Part shown: positions 1-9,312 of the stretch, piece after piece
How the letters are laid out: each line of letters begins with the position of its first letter
Numbering within the stretch: the first letter of the stretch is position 1
Origin: a virus
Taxonomy: Duplodnaviria > Caudoviricetes
Reading direction: 5' to 3' (one strand)
Length of the DNA stretch: 26,598 bases
Virus record (IMG/VR): IMGVR_UViG_3300035135_001960
Coordinates: 1-26,598 of that record
Program-made: the position numbers and the translations under genes
The notes under the pieces: model-generated
What the model saw: the letters and a program-made list of their open reading frames with translations, nothing else
Told to the model about the DNA's origin: nothing
Databases searched by the model: none

Positions 1-3000
1 AAAATAATTTTAAGGACAGCCTTTAGACAACTTTCACAGGATGGAACTCCTACTTTAGGCGGACCTTTAAACGCAGATGGATTTGCTATTGCTAATGTTG
101 CAGTATCGGAAGCGGCGGCAATAGATTACAATAATAGACAGCCGGGCACAGGTGTAACTATAGACGATCTTGTGATAACCAAAGGCTATGCAGACGCAAG
201 ATATATTGCAGGCGACCTACCGATTAGAATTAAAGACGAACCTGTAGATGCTTCATCATACATTTTAAATATAGATAGTTACAATAACGGTAACCTAGTA
301 GTAAATTCACATGGGTTTGATAGAACTGTTAATGGTTCTGAATATGTGTTTAACGCAGAAGACACCACACCTGGTGTACTTACAAACAATGCAAAATATT
401 ATCTAAGATTTGTAAACAGTAATCAATTAGCTGTATATGACACAGAAGCTAAAGCAAAAGAGACAGACGAAGCAGTAGCAGAAGCACAAAAAATTTACAT
501 ATCTGCTACAATAGCCGCTGATGATAGTCATACAATGACTGATGCAGGATATGATTCTAATTTAGAAGGATTCTTCCTAGCTAATGAAGCAGTACCACGT
601 AAACATTTAGTTAGACGTCAAGGCGACAGTATGACTGGTGCGTTAAAACTACATGATCATCCAGGAGACCTTGCAGGACTATCGCAAACAGCAGAAGATT
701 TACAAGCAGCTACAAAGTATTATGTAGATAATACATCTTATTCTGCACCATTTAACCTGTATGTAAGCACTGCGGGCGACAATACAATGACTGGAGTTCC
801 GCCAGGAAAAGAAGGTACTTCTTGGACATATGCATTCAGCACTATTAATGCAGCCGCACAAAGAGCAGAAGAAATGATCAAGGCATCAGAAGCAGAGCCT
901 GGACCATATATGCAAACTATTACTATAGACGAAGGCGCAGAAAATGCAACTGTTATTTCATCCGGAATAGATAATCCAAACTACGGTCAAGCCGCTACTC
1001 TTATTGATCTTAACAGAGAATATATCATAAGAGAGATAACAGGTTATTTACAATTTACATATCCAGATTTCGATTATAATATAAAAACATGCGAAAGAGA
1101 TCTAGGCCTAATTTTAGACTCAATCGCTACAGATATAAAGAAAAGTTTAAGTACAGATCCGTCACAAAATAACGCAAACAGTCTTACAAGAAAAGCGGCG
1201 GAAAGATATTACGCAAATGCAAGTGGTAGAATCGCAATTACCAAACAATATACAGAAACTATCGATGCTATCAATACTGCAAAAGACATTGTTGCATCTA
1301 TACTTTTAAATAGAGTATTTAGACAAACAGCAATTGGTAATATTGTTATTGGATCTATCACAAAAGTTACATCTGCTACACCACACGGTTTGCAAAACGG
1401 TAATATTGTGGTATTCAAAAATACCACAGACTTAGGAACAATACTTAACGACAACTATTTTTATGTTAAAGTTATTAATGCTAATGACTTTGAACTATTC
1501 ACTGATGCAGAATTAACATTAGCTGTAGATACTGCTGCAGAAAATCCATGGTTATCTAATGATGGTGTATTTGGTACTGTATATCAAACAGATGAAAAAC
1601 AAGTTACTGACACAACAGATGCAGCTGAAAATGCTAGGAACGGCATTAACGATAAATTTGATCTTGTTGTTAACATCCTAACAAACGGTATAGATGCTGG
1701 TCAGGCTGTGAACTTTGGTAAAACATATCTAATTGAAGTTACCAACGGAAGTTCAACAAATACAGATCAAGGTGATCCTACAAATAGAGATGTACTACCA
1801 GGAAAAGTGCTAGTAGGTAAAATTTCAGGGGCACAAGGCAGAATAGTAAGTTATACAACAGGAGCAGATTCTTCATCAGGAAATGATGTTATTGAAGTAC
1901 ACTTGTTAAAACCAATTGACTTTATTGTTAACGAGGATTTAGAATTTGGTAATTTTGTTAACAGAAGTCAAATTACAATTATGGTTGAATCAGGACAGTA
2001 TGAAGAAGACTATCCGATTAAAGTAGCGGCAAACGTATCTATTAAAGGTGACGAATTTAGACGTGTAATTATTCGTCCAAAAAATCGTGTATCACAATCT
2101 AAATATGCAAACTCCTACATTTATAGAGATAGAGAGTTTGATGGAATGACCATTGCCGATGCTGGTTCAAGATTCTATAATCAAACAGGCGAATTCCAAG
2201 GTCATTTTGGATATCATTATTTAAGTAATCCTGAATTACCTGCAAACGTTGGCCCAGCAGTTGTTAATGGCGGTGGTTATGCAAACACGGCACGTATTTT
2301 AGAAGAAAACAAAAAATTTATACAAAAAGAAGTTATAAATTATATCAATAGTAACTATCAAACATTATTATTTGATCACACACAATTTCAAACCTATTTA
2401 GAAGAATTAGTTAATGACCTTTTAGTTGATATGTGTGTAAACAGTAACTTCAATAGTAGAAAAAGAGGTTTGCAATTCCAAAGACCAGGCGATTACTATG
2501 CAGATACATATCTAAGATCGCTTGTTAAAATTGGATTCAATGCTATCAAAGCAGACATTCTTGCACTTGCATCATTCCAAGCAAGTGCTGATGCACAAAC
2601 TAGAATCACAGCAGGTTTCGATGATATCATTGATATCATGGACAATGGAAGTTTTGATACAGAAACAGCTGCTGATGCACTCCTACTTACACCCGAAACA
2701 CCAGGTAATGATAACGACAAAGCACGACTTAGCTTACAAGCAAACAGAGAATTTATTGCGGCAGAGGCTCTTGCTAAATTAAAAGAACTTGCTCCTAGAA
2801 AATATTTTAACGAATCTCGTAGATTGCATCAATTTAGATTATTAGTAGATGCTTTGAGCTTTGACTTATTGTATGGCGGGAATATGGGAACCTACGACTT
2901 TACATTATCTATGTTCCCGTTCGATGTATTAGATGTAGAAATTACAACTAGAGAAAATACTGTAGCGGCAATTACACATATAAGACAGGTGTTTTTAGAT

Positions 3001-6000
3001 GTATTAGAAAATGTTGCTATCAATAGTGGTGGCGGAAATACTAGCGGAAACAACGAGTCACAATCAATTGATCCTGCTAGAACTCTTGCAAACAATTCAG
3101 CACCTGGCACAGCATTACAAGAATTAATAGATGACATATTTTTAAGTGCAGTAAGCAATAATAACACTGTTGTAATAGCAGGGCAAAGAAATGAACCAAC
3201 TCTAACAAACTTTCCAGTGCCTTTGACTGATGCTAGAAGCGATGTACAAGGCGACTTTAATAGTTTAGCACAAGATGCAATAGCTGATATGGATTCAGCG
3301 GCTGTTTACACTTACAATGAATTAAAGTGTGAAAGAGATGTTGGCTTAATTGTTGATGGATTGATACATGATGTTGTTGCTGGCGGCGATGAAATGGCCT
3401 TAGAAACGCAAGGCGAATATTTTCAAAGTTACATTTCACAGTACAATAACAACGGCTTCGGCGGACAAGAACTTGTAACAAAAGGTGCAATAGAATATAT
3501 TGCAGATATTGCAGATCGATTAATAGATGGCGCATACGACCCAGCTCTTATTTTACAAAATGTAAACGATGCAAGTTATGTACCACCAGATTTTAAATTT
3601 GGTACAGGTGAAACTTTTTCAGATGTTGCTATTACAAACTTAATTAATAAAATTGTGTTTGCATTTAACACAAATTACAATCCTCCTTTACGTAACGATC
3701 AAATGGATTGCTTCTTAATGAACGATGCAACTATTTTAAGAAATATTACAGTTCAAGGACATGGAGGATTTTTATGTACACTAGATCCAGAAGGACAAAT
3801 TTTAACTAAATCTCCATATGTACAAACAGGTTCATCTTTCAGTAAAAGTATTAATGCTAAAACATTCTCAGGAGGAATGTTTGTTGATGCTTATGTTGGT
3901 AACTTGCCTATGTACATTCCTGATACAATCGAATATGAATTAGGCACGCCAGCAGTAAGCGGTAAAGAAAATAATTTTACACTTTGGGTAAGATCAGAAG
4001 AAGGTCAAGGTTTGTTTATAAGACCTCCAGAACTTCCATGTCCGTTCTATATTGAAGGTAGACGTTTCCAAGTAAATGCTATTTCTAATTATAGTAAATC
4101 AGGAGGCTTCTGTAAAATATTCCTAGATGCATCATCTAATGATGGTAACGGTTATGACGAAAACCTATTCGACGAAAGACCAGGAGAAATAAGTAGAGAA
4201 CTTTACCTACAAACTGCTGGTAACAGATCAATGTTAGGTAACGACTTTACACAGATTAACGACTTAGGTTATGCTCTTGTAACTAACAACGGCGCATTTT
4301 CTGAGATGGTATCTATGTTTACATACTACTGTCATGCAGCTTACTATGCTAAGAATGGTTCAGAAATACGTTCATTAAACGGTTCTAATGGTTATGGTAA
4401 TTTTGGACTAGTTGCTGAAGGTGCTGATCCAAACGAGATTCCGGATCAAATTACTTATGAAGATCCTATGACCTTTAGTGCAAAATCTTTTGTATTTTTA
4501 AACGGTGCAAACAATAGTAACATACAAGACGAAACATCTCTTTTCATAACTGATTGTATAAGTCCGCCACTTAGCGGGTCACTTATTACAATTGATCACG
4601 GCGGCACAGTAGGTACGTTAGATTATCGAGTAGGTGCTGTTACAGAATCAACTGCGGCTACGCCAACTGGTGGTGAATACAATAACACATTATACAGATT
4701 ACAAATCACTGGTTCTCCAGATGGAGAAAATGGTAATTTCTTTAGTGCATTACAAGCTGATGTTACTCAGGGAGAATTAATACAGTACAGATCTGCAGAC
4801 ACACACAAATTACAAAGTATACGTGACTTAGAAGATTTAAAAACTAGACCTTCAACTGCAATTAACTTTGACGAAAGTGATTTGACTACTTACAGATCAA
4901 TTAGTTTTTCTAGTTCTTATTTAAGTGATAGCGGAGATAGTGATAGTACATATGTAACTTTTGATGTTCCTTACGCACATATAGAATTACCAATTGACAA
5001 TGATAACTTAACAGGCGGCAAAGGTTCTACGGCAGGCGATACACAGATTGCTATTAGAACAGACGCAAATGGTAGCCAAAAAATAACTGATGATGAATTA
5101 ACAAGACTCACTTACGACCTGAACGGAAATCAACCACCAGCAAGTTTAGTATATCCTAACGCAGGTACAAGGGTAGCAAACAACATTAGATATGTTGCCG
5201 CAGAAACAGTGGCATATATTAACACAACTTATCCTTCACTTGTGTACAATGAAGATAAGTGTTACAGAGATGTTACTCTTATATTACACGGTATAGTGAA
5301 CGACTTGTTGCACGATGGTAACGCAAGAACAGTTCATACAGCAAGACAATATTATGAACAAACAACGGTTGCACAAGTACCCCCAGATCAACTTGCAGAA
5401 ACAGTTGACGGAATTAATTTTGCAAGAGACTTAGTAATTAACTTTATTTTACCAGGCACTACTCATACTGGAAACAATAATAGAGGTATTGTACAAAGCA
5501 CAGCAGGCGGAGCGGCAGAAGGCGGCACAGGCGCAAAAGTTACTGATTTAATGGGAATTGTTACATCCGCATTAAACACAGGATTCAGTGCAATTCCTGC
5601 TCCAACAGGTTATGCAGGTGGTATGATTTTTGCGTACGGTGGTAAAACGCATCAAATTATTGGAGTAGACCAAGATACTACAGATATAGATCCTGTAGAT
5701 TTTGTTGCAAATAGAACTTATGAAATTACTGCAACAGGAACAACAAACTGGAACGATATTGCAGGTACTACTGGCGTAACATATCAAGTTGGCGATACAT
5801 TTACAGCGTCTGCAACTGGCCTTCCTGGGTCCGGCACAGGTACAGCAATAGATGTAAGTTCTAAACTATTACAACTTAATCCAGGTGCATTGCATGATAT
5901 CTCAGCTCATTACACATCTGGTATGGCAGTTGGTATGATACAAGACAAAGTTTTACAAGCTGGTCTTGTTGACGGTACAACTGGCGAAATAACTATTAAA

Positions 6001-9000
6001 ATTTCATTGTGTAGAGCTACAGGACACGACTTTACACAGATTGGTACTGGATCGTTCAACGATTCAAACTATCCAAATGTTTTGTTAGGACCACCAGAAG
6101 ATTTAACGCTTGCTCCATCTTATGATAACAATCCTAATGCTACTAGAGCACAAGTTTGGGAAAGACGTAAAGGGCGTGTGTTCTGGATGTCAACTGACCA
6201 ATATGGTTTCTTCCGCGTAGGTAAATTCTTTAGTGTAGACCAAGCTCAAGGTTCAATTGAATTCTCAGGCGAAATTGGTATTTCAAATGCTAATGCAATT
6301 GGATTTAAGAAAGGTGTTACAGTTGACGAATTTTCCGTTGACGATACAATGGGCGATAATTCAGAAAATGCTGTACCTACAGAAAGTGCGGTAGTTGGAT
6401 ATATTAACAAACGCTTAGGTAGAGATAAAAACGGTAGTATAGTTTCTGATCCAATTGGTCCAGGCTATCTAGACTTAGATGGTCAAAGTTCAATGAACGG
6501 TGACTTAAAGTTAGGTACTAACAAAGTTATTAACATGGGTACACCAACTAATCCTGCAGATGCAACTACAAAAGCATATGTTGATGCTCTTGCAGGATCA
6601 AGCGATAATATATCAGCACTTAAAAATATTTCAGAAAACGAGCCAGCCGGAGGAGACATATTTGCTTACTCAGGTGCTAAGAAATTGTTTATTGACCTTC
6701 CAGTTGATTCTGGCGGTAATGGAAATGATTTTGAAATTGGTGATGTCATCGAAGATACATCAGGTGGTATATTTAAAGAGGGCACTATTGTAGATATTAC
6801 TACAGGTATTGTAGATACTATCGACGGAGATCCTTCATTAGGTTATGTAACATATGAGGTTGTTTATGAACCTGCTGCAAACTCTGTAGATTTTAATGCT
6901 GGTGAAGTCGTAAGACTTAAAACTAATAATGCTGTTACTTCAACTATCATTAAAGGTCCATTTGATGAAATTGCAAATACAAGACTAGATCCAGGCAGTG
7001 ATATTAGTTTTACTGTAACAAGAAATACAGATACCGTTGCACAAAATGAACCAATAGCAGATATTGACATACAGATTAATGCAGGTGCTATAGAAAATGC
7101 AGATGTTAATGCAAGTGCTAGTATACAGCAGAGCAAGTTATTACTAGAAAGAGCAAAAGTAGCCAACACAAGTACAGGTTTATATGGCACAAATGATGAC
7201 ACTGGACAGTCTGACAGAGGGTCTGCAATATTTGATGACGCATCTTTTGCAACAGAAGTAAAACTAACATTGTCAGGACCTATTACAGCAAGTGCAGGTT
7301 GGATAATTTATCAAGGAGTCAGTGTCAAAGGTACAGTAGTTACTGCTACTTCAGCAAGTGCAGAACTAATTGTAAGAACATCAGATACTTTTGGTGTTGG
7401 CAATCCATTGTTAGAATATGCAGAAATAGACAGCAATGGTGTAGAACTAGCAAAACAAAATTTAGGTGTAACTGTAACTGACGCAGAGGAAAGTGGATAT
7501 ATAGCTATTAAAGATCGTTCAATAGAACTAAACAAATTAGCAACTATTGACACTGACACTGTGCTTGGTAGGTCAGCAGATGGGTCAGGTGAAGTACAAA
7601 CTGTCAGCTTTGACGAAATAATTGATCAAGGATTTGCACTTCAAGATAAAGACTTTGATAGTTCAGAGATAACATCAACTATTGTGCAAAGAGTAAGATT
7701 TACTAGTGAAGTTACTGTTGCTGATGGAACAACGATAACTCAACCATCAACAGGATTCACAGGAGAAGTACAGGGCTCTGTTTTTTCAGAAGACATTGTA
7801 TACTTTGTAAATGTAATTGACCCTAGTAATAACAATAATCCTGTAACGTTTAACACAGGTAATGTTAATTTACCAAACGGTGATTTACTAGGAAGTATTC
7901 AAACAGCAACTCCAAACTTTAGTATAGCTGGCGGAGCACTAGTAAAAACTGAAGAGGGAGTATATGGAACTGTTACAGTAAGTACTGGTACTGCAAGTGA
8001 TAGTATGGCAAGAAGAACTAATGGTGGATCTTTACACGCATCATCGTTCATTGTAGGAGGTTCATCTACTAATGAAGTGCTTAGTGAAAATGGCGGCGTT
8101 CTATCATTGAAAACTCCGGGACAAGGTATAATACTTACTTCTGTAGGAAACGCAAATACTGATCCACTTGTTAAGATTCCTGGTAAACTTACAGTAGGTG
8201 AAGACATAACAACGAATCCTACATGGGGTGCAAGAGAAAGTGAATCAACTCTACAAACAAACTCAAACGATAATGCAACACCAACACCAAACGCTACATT
8301 CGGCGGTAAAGGTTTTGTATCTGCACCTTGGATGTATACTCCGTTTATTGAGGCGCCTTTTGAAGGTGATTCAACAGGTACAGGTATAGGTTTAGGTGCT
8401 GGTACTGGATTCACAGATGCTGGCGATGATGTTGTTCAGGTAATTACAAATGGCGATGTAATGTTGCAAATTACACAGACAGATGTGTTATCAAAAGGCA
8501 CACTTGCATCTGAAGGTGCATTATCATCAGGAGGAGATTTTAGTGTAGGTCTTAACACGTTTACTGTAGCGGCAACAAATGGTAATACGCTAGTAGGCGG
8601 CACATTAGATGTTACAGGCTTAGTAAATCTTAATGATACTACTAATAGTACAAACACAACATCAGGTGCTTTAGTTGTAGATGGCGGACTAGGAATAGGT
8701 CTTAACCTAAATGTAGGTGGAGATTTGTCTGTAAACGGTTCAACAGAACTAGGAAATGATCCAAGTGACACGTTGTCAATAGGTGCATTAGTTAACTCGA
8801 ATATTATTCCAACTGGAACTAGAGATTTAGGATCAGGACCACAACCTTGGAACTTTGTATATGGTAACACATTCTCCGGTACAGCAACAACAGCAAAATA
8901 CGCTGACCTAGCAGAAAATTATATCGCTGATAAAAACTATGCTCCTGGCACTGTTTTAGTTTTAGGCGGGACACAAGAAGTAACAACAACCACAACAAAA

Positions 9001-9273
9001 GGTGATACAAGAGTGGCAGGTGTTGTTACAACTAATCCAGCACACTTAATGAATAGTGCATTAGAAGGTGAAAATGTTGTAGGTGTAGCACTTGCAGGTA
9101 GAGTTCCAGTAAAAGTATTAGGTAAAGTTGAAAAAGGCGACATACTTGTTGCTAGTGCTATTGCTGGGTTTGCTTGTGTAGACAATAATGCTAAAGCCGG
9201 TGCTATTATCGGTAAAGCAATTAATTCAAAATCAGATGCCGACAAAGGTATTATTGAAGTACTAGTAGGTTAA
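1..9273 (+). CDS. Giant virion structural protein (tail/baseplate-associated fibre or spike), 5'-truncated. Contains an interrupted pectin-lyase-like beta-helix, helical 'KCxRD' repeats and a C-terminal autocleaving-chaperone-like domain
   Basis: The frame of the 172..9273 ORF is open from base 1 (KIILRTAFRQLSQDGTPTLGGPLNADG...), so the true start is upstream of the window. Motifs include AATKYYVD/DATTKAYVD fibre repeats, LYVSTAGDN..AFSTINAA, VESGQYEEDYPI..VSIKGDEFRRVIIRP and a C-terminal KYADLAENY...GRVPVKVLGKVEKGDILV...IIGKAI. Confidence 0.85.
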   Translation, partial: KIILRTAFRQLSQDGTPTLGGPLNADGFAIANVAVSEAAAIDYNNRQPGTGVTIDDLVITKGYADARYIAGDLPIRIKDEPVDASSYILNIDSYNNGNLVVNSHGFDRTVNGSEYVFNAEDTTPGVLTNNAKYYLRFVNSNQLAVYDTEAKAKETDEAVAEAQKIYISATIAADDSHTMTDAGYDSNLEGFFLANEAVPRKHLVRRQGDSMTGALKLHDHPGDLAGLSQTAEDLQAATKYYVDNTSYSAPFNLYVSTAGDNTMTGVPPGKEGTSWTYAFSTINAAAQRAEEMIKASEAEPGPYMQTITIDEGAENATVISSGIDNPNYGQAATLIDLNREYIIREITGYLQFTYPDFDYNIKTCERDLGLILDSIATDIKKSLSTDPSQNNANSLTRKAAERYYANASGRIAITKQYTETIDAINTAKDIVASILLNRVFRQTAIGNIVIGSITKVTSATPHGLQNGNIVVFKNTTDLGTILNDNYFYVKVINANDFELFTDAELTLAVDTAAENPWLSNDGVFGTVYQTDEKQVTDTTDAAENARNGINDKFDLVVNILTNGIDAGQAVNFGKTYLIEVTNGSSTNTDQGDPTNRDVLPGKVLVGKISGAQGRIVSYTTGADSSSGNDVIEVHLLKPIDFIVNEDLEFGNFVNRSQITIMVESGQYEEDYPIKVAANVSIKGDEFRRVIIRPKNRVSQSKYANSYIYRDREFDGMTIADAGSRFYNQTGEFQGHFGYHYLSNPELPANVGPAVVNGGGYANTARILEENKKFIQKEVINYINSNYQTLLFDHTQFQTYLEELVNDLLVDMCVNSNFNSRKRGLQFQRPGDYYADTYLRSLVKIGFNAIKADILALASFQASADAQTRITAGFDDIIDIMDNGSFDTETAADALLLTPETPGNDNDKARLSLQANREFIAAEALAKLKELAPRKYFNESRRLHQFRLLVDALSFDLLYGGNMGTYDFTLSMFPFDVLDVEITTRENTVAAITHIRQVFLDVLENVAINSGGGNTSGNNESQSIDPARTLANNSAPGTALQELIDDIFLSAVSNNNTVVIAGQRNEPTLTNFPVPLTDARSDVQGDFNSLAQDAIADMDSAAVYTYNELKCERDVGLIVDGLIHDVVAGGDEMALETQGEYFQSYISQYNNNGFGGQELVTKGAIEYIADIADRLIDGAYDPALILQNVNDASYVPPDFKFGTGETFSDVAITNLINKIVFAFNTNYNPPLRNDQMDCFLMNDATILRNITVQGHGGFLCTLDPEGQILTKSPYVQTGSSFSKSINAKTFSGGMFVDAYVGNLPMYIPDTIEYELGTPAVSGKENNFTLWVRSEEGQGLFIRPPELPCPFYIEGRRFQVNAISNYSKSGGFCKIFLDASSNDGNGYDENLFDERPGEISRELYLQTAGNRSMLGNDFTQINDLGYALVTNNGAFSEMVSMFTYYCHAAYYAKNGSEIRSLNGSNGYGNFGLVAEGADPNEIPDQITYEDPMTFSAKSFVFLNGANNSNIQDETSLFITDCISPPLSGSLITIDHGGTVGTLDYRVGAVTESTAATPTGGEYNNTLYRLQITGSPDGENGNFFSALQADVTQGELIQYRSADTHKLQSIRDLEDLKTRPSTAINFDESDLTTYRSISFSSSYLSDSGDSDSTYVTFDVPYAHIELPIDNDNLTGGKGSTAGDTQIAIRTDANGSQKITDDELTRLTYDLNGNQPPASLVYPNAGTRVANNIRYVAAETVAYINTTYPSLVYNEDKCYRDVTLILHGIVNDLLHDGNARTVHTARQYYEQTTVAQVPPDQLAETVDGINFARDLVINFILPGTTHTGNNNRGIVQSTAGGAAEGGTGAKVTDLMGIVTSALNTGFSAIPAPTGYAGGMIFAYGGKTHQIIGVDQDTTDIDPVDFVANRTYEITATGTTNWNDIAGTTGVTYQVGDTFTASATGLPGSGTGTAIDVSSKLLQLNPGALHDISAHYTSGMAVGMIQDKVLQAGLVDGTTGEITIKISLCRATGHDFTQIGTGSFNDSNYPNVLLGPPEDLTLAPSYDNNPNATRAQVWERRKGRVFWMSTDQYGFFRVGKFFSVDQAQGSIEFSGEIGISNANAIGFKKGVTVDEFSVDDTMGDNSENAVPTESAVVGYINKRLGRDKNGSIVSDPIGPGYLDLDGQSSMNGDLKLGTNKVINMGTPTNPADATTKAYVDALAGSSDNISALKNISENEPAGGDIFAYSGAKKLFIDLPVDSGGNGNDFEIGDVIEDTSGGIFKEGTIVDITTGIVDTIDGDPSLGYVTYEVVYEPAANSVDFNAGEVVRLKTNNAVTSTIIKGPFDEIANTRLDPGSDISFTVTRNTDTVAQNEPIADIDIQINAGAIENADVNASASIQQSKLLLERAKVANTSTGLYGTNDDTGQSDRGSAIFDDASFATEVKLTLSGPITASAGWIIYQGVSVKGTVVTATSASAELIVRTSDTFGVGNPLLEYAEIDSNGVELAKQNLGVTVTDAEESGYIAIKDRSIELNKLATIDTDTVLGRSADGSGEVQTVSFDEIIDQGFALQDKDFDSSEITSTIVQRVRFTSEVTVADGTTITQPSTGFTGEVQGSVFSEDIVYFVNVIDPSNNNNPVTFNTGNVNLPNGDLLGSIQTATPNFSIAGGALVKTEEGVYGTVTVSTGTASDSMARRTNGGSLHASSFIVGGSSTNEVLSENGGVLSLKTPGQGIILTSVGNANTDPLVKIPGKLTVGEDITTNPTWGARESESTLQTNSNDNATPTPNATFGGKGFVSAPWMYTPFIEAPFEGDSTGTGIGLGAGTGFTDAGDDVVQVITNGDVMLQITQTDVLSKGTLASEGALSSGGDFSVGLNTFTVAATNGNTLVGGTLDVTGLVNLNDTTNSTNTTSGALVVDGGLGIGLNLNVGGDLSVNGSTELGNDPSDTLSIGALVNSNIIPTGTRDLGSGPQPWNFVYGNTFSGTATTAKYADLAENYIADKNYAPGTVLVLGGTQEVTTTTTKGDTRVAGVVTTNPAHLMNSALEGENVVGVALAGRVPVKVLGKVEKGDILVASAIAGFACVDNNAKAGAIIGKAINSKSDADKGIIEVLVG

Positions 9274-9282
9274 ATTGAATAA

Positions 9283-9291
9283 CGATAAATA
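9283..9291 (+). promoter_or_regulatory. Putative late promoter (CGATAAATA; T4 late TATAAATA-like)
   Basis: Intergenic, about 22 nt before ATG 9313, followed by an AGGA RBS. The same motif recurs before other structural genes. Confidence 0.7.
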
Positions 9292-9312
9292 TGTTAAATA
9301 GGATAAAAGATA

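Noticed and set aside
172-174. GTG 172 as the start of the giant gene
   Set aside because: The frame is open to base 1 with fibre-like sequence (DGTPTLGGPLNA) and there is no convincing RBS, so the gene starts outside the window.
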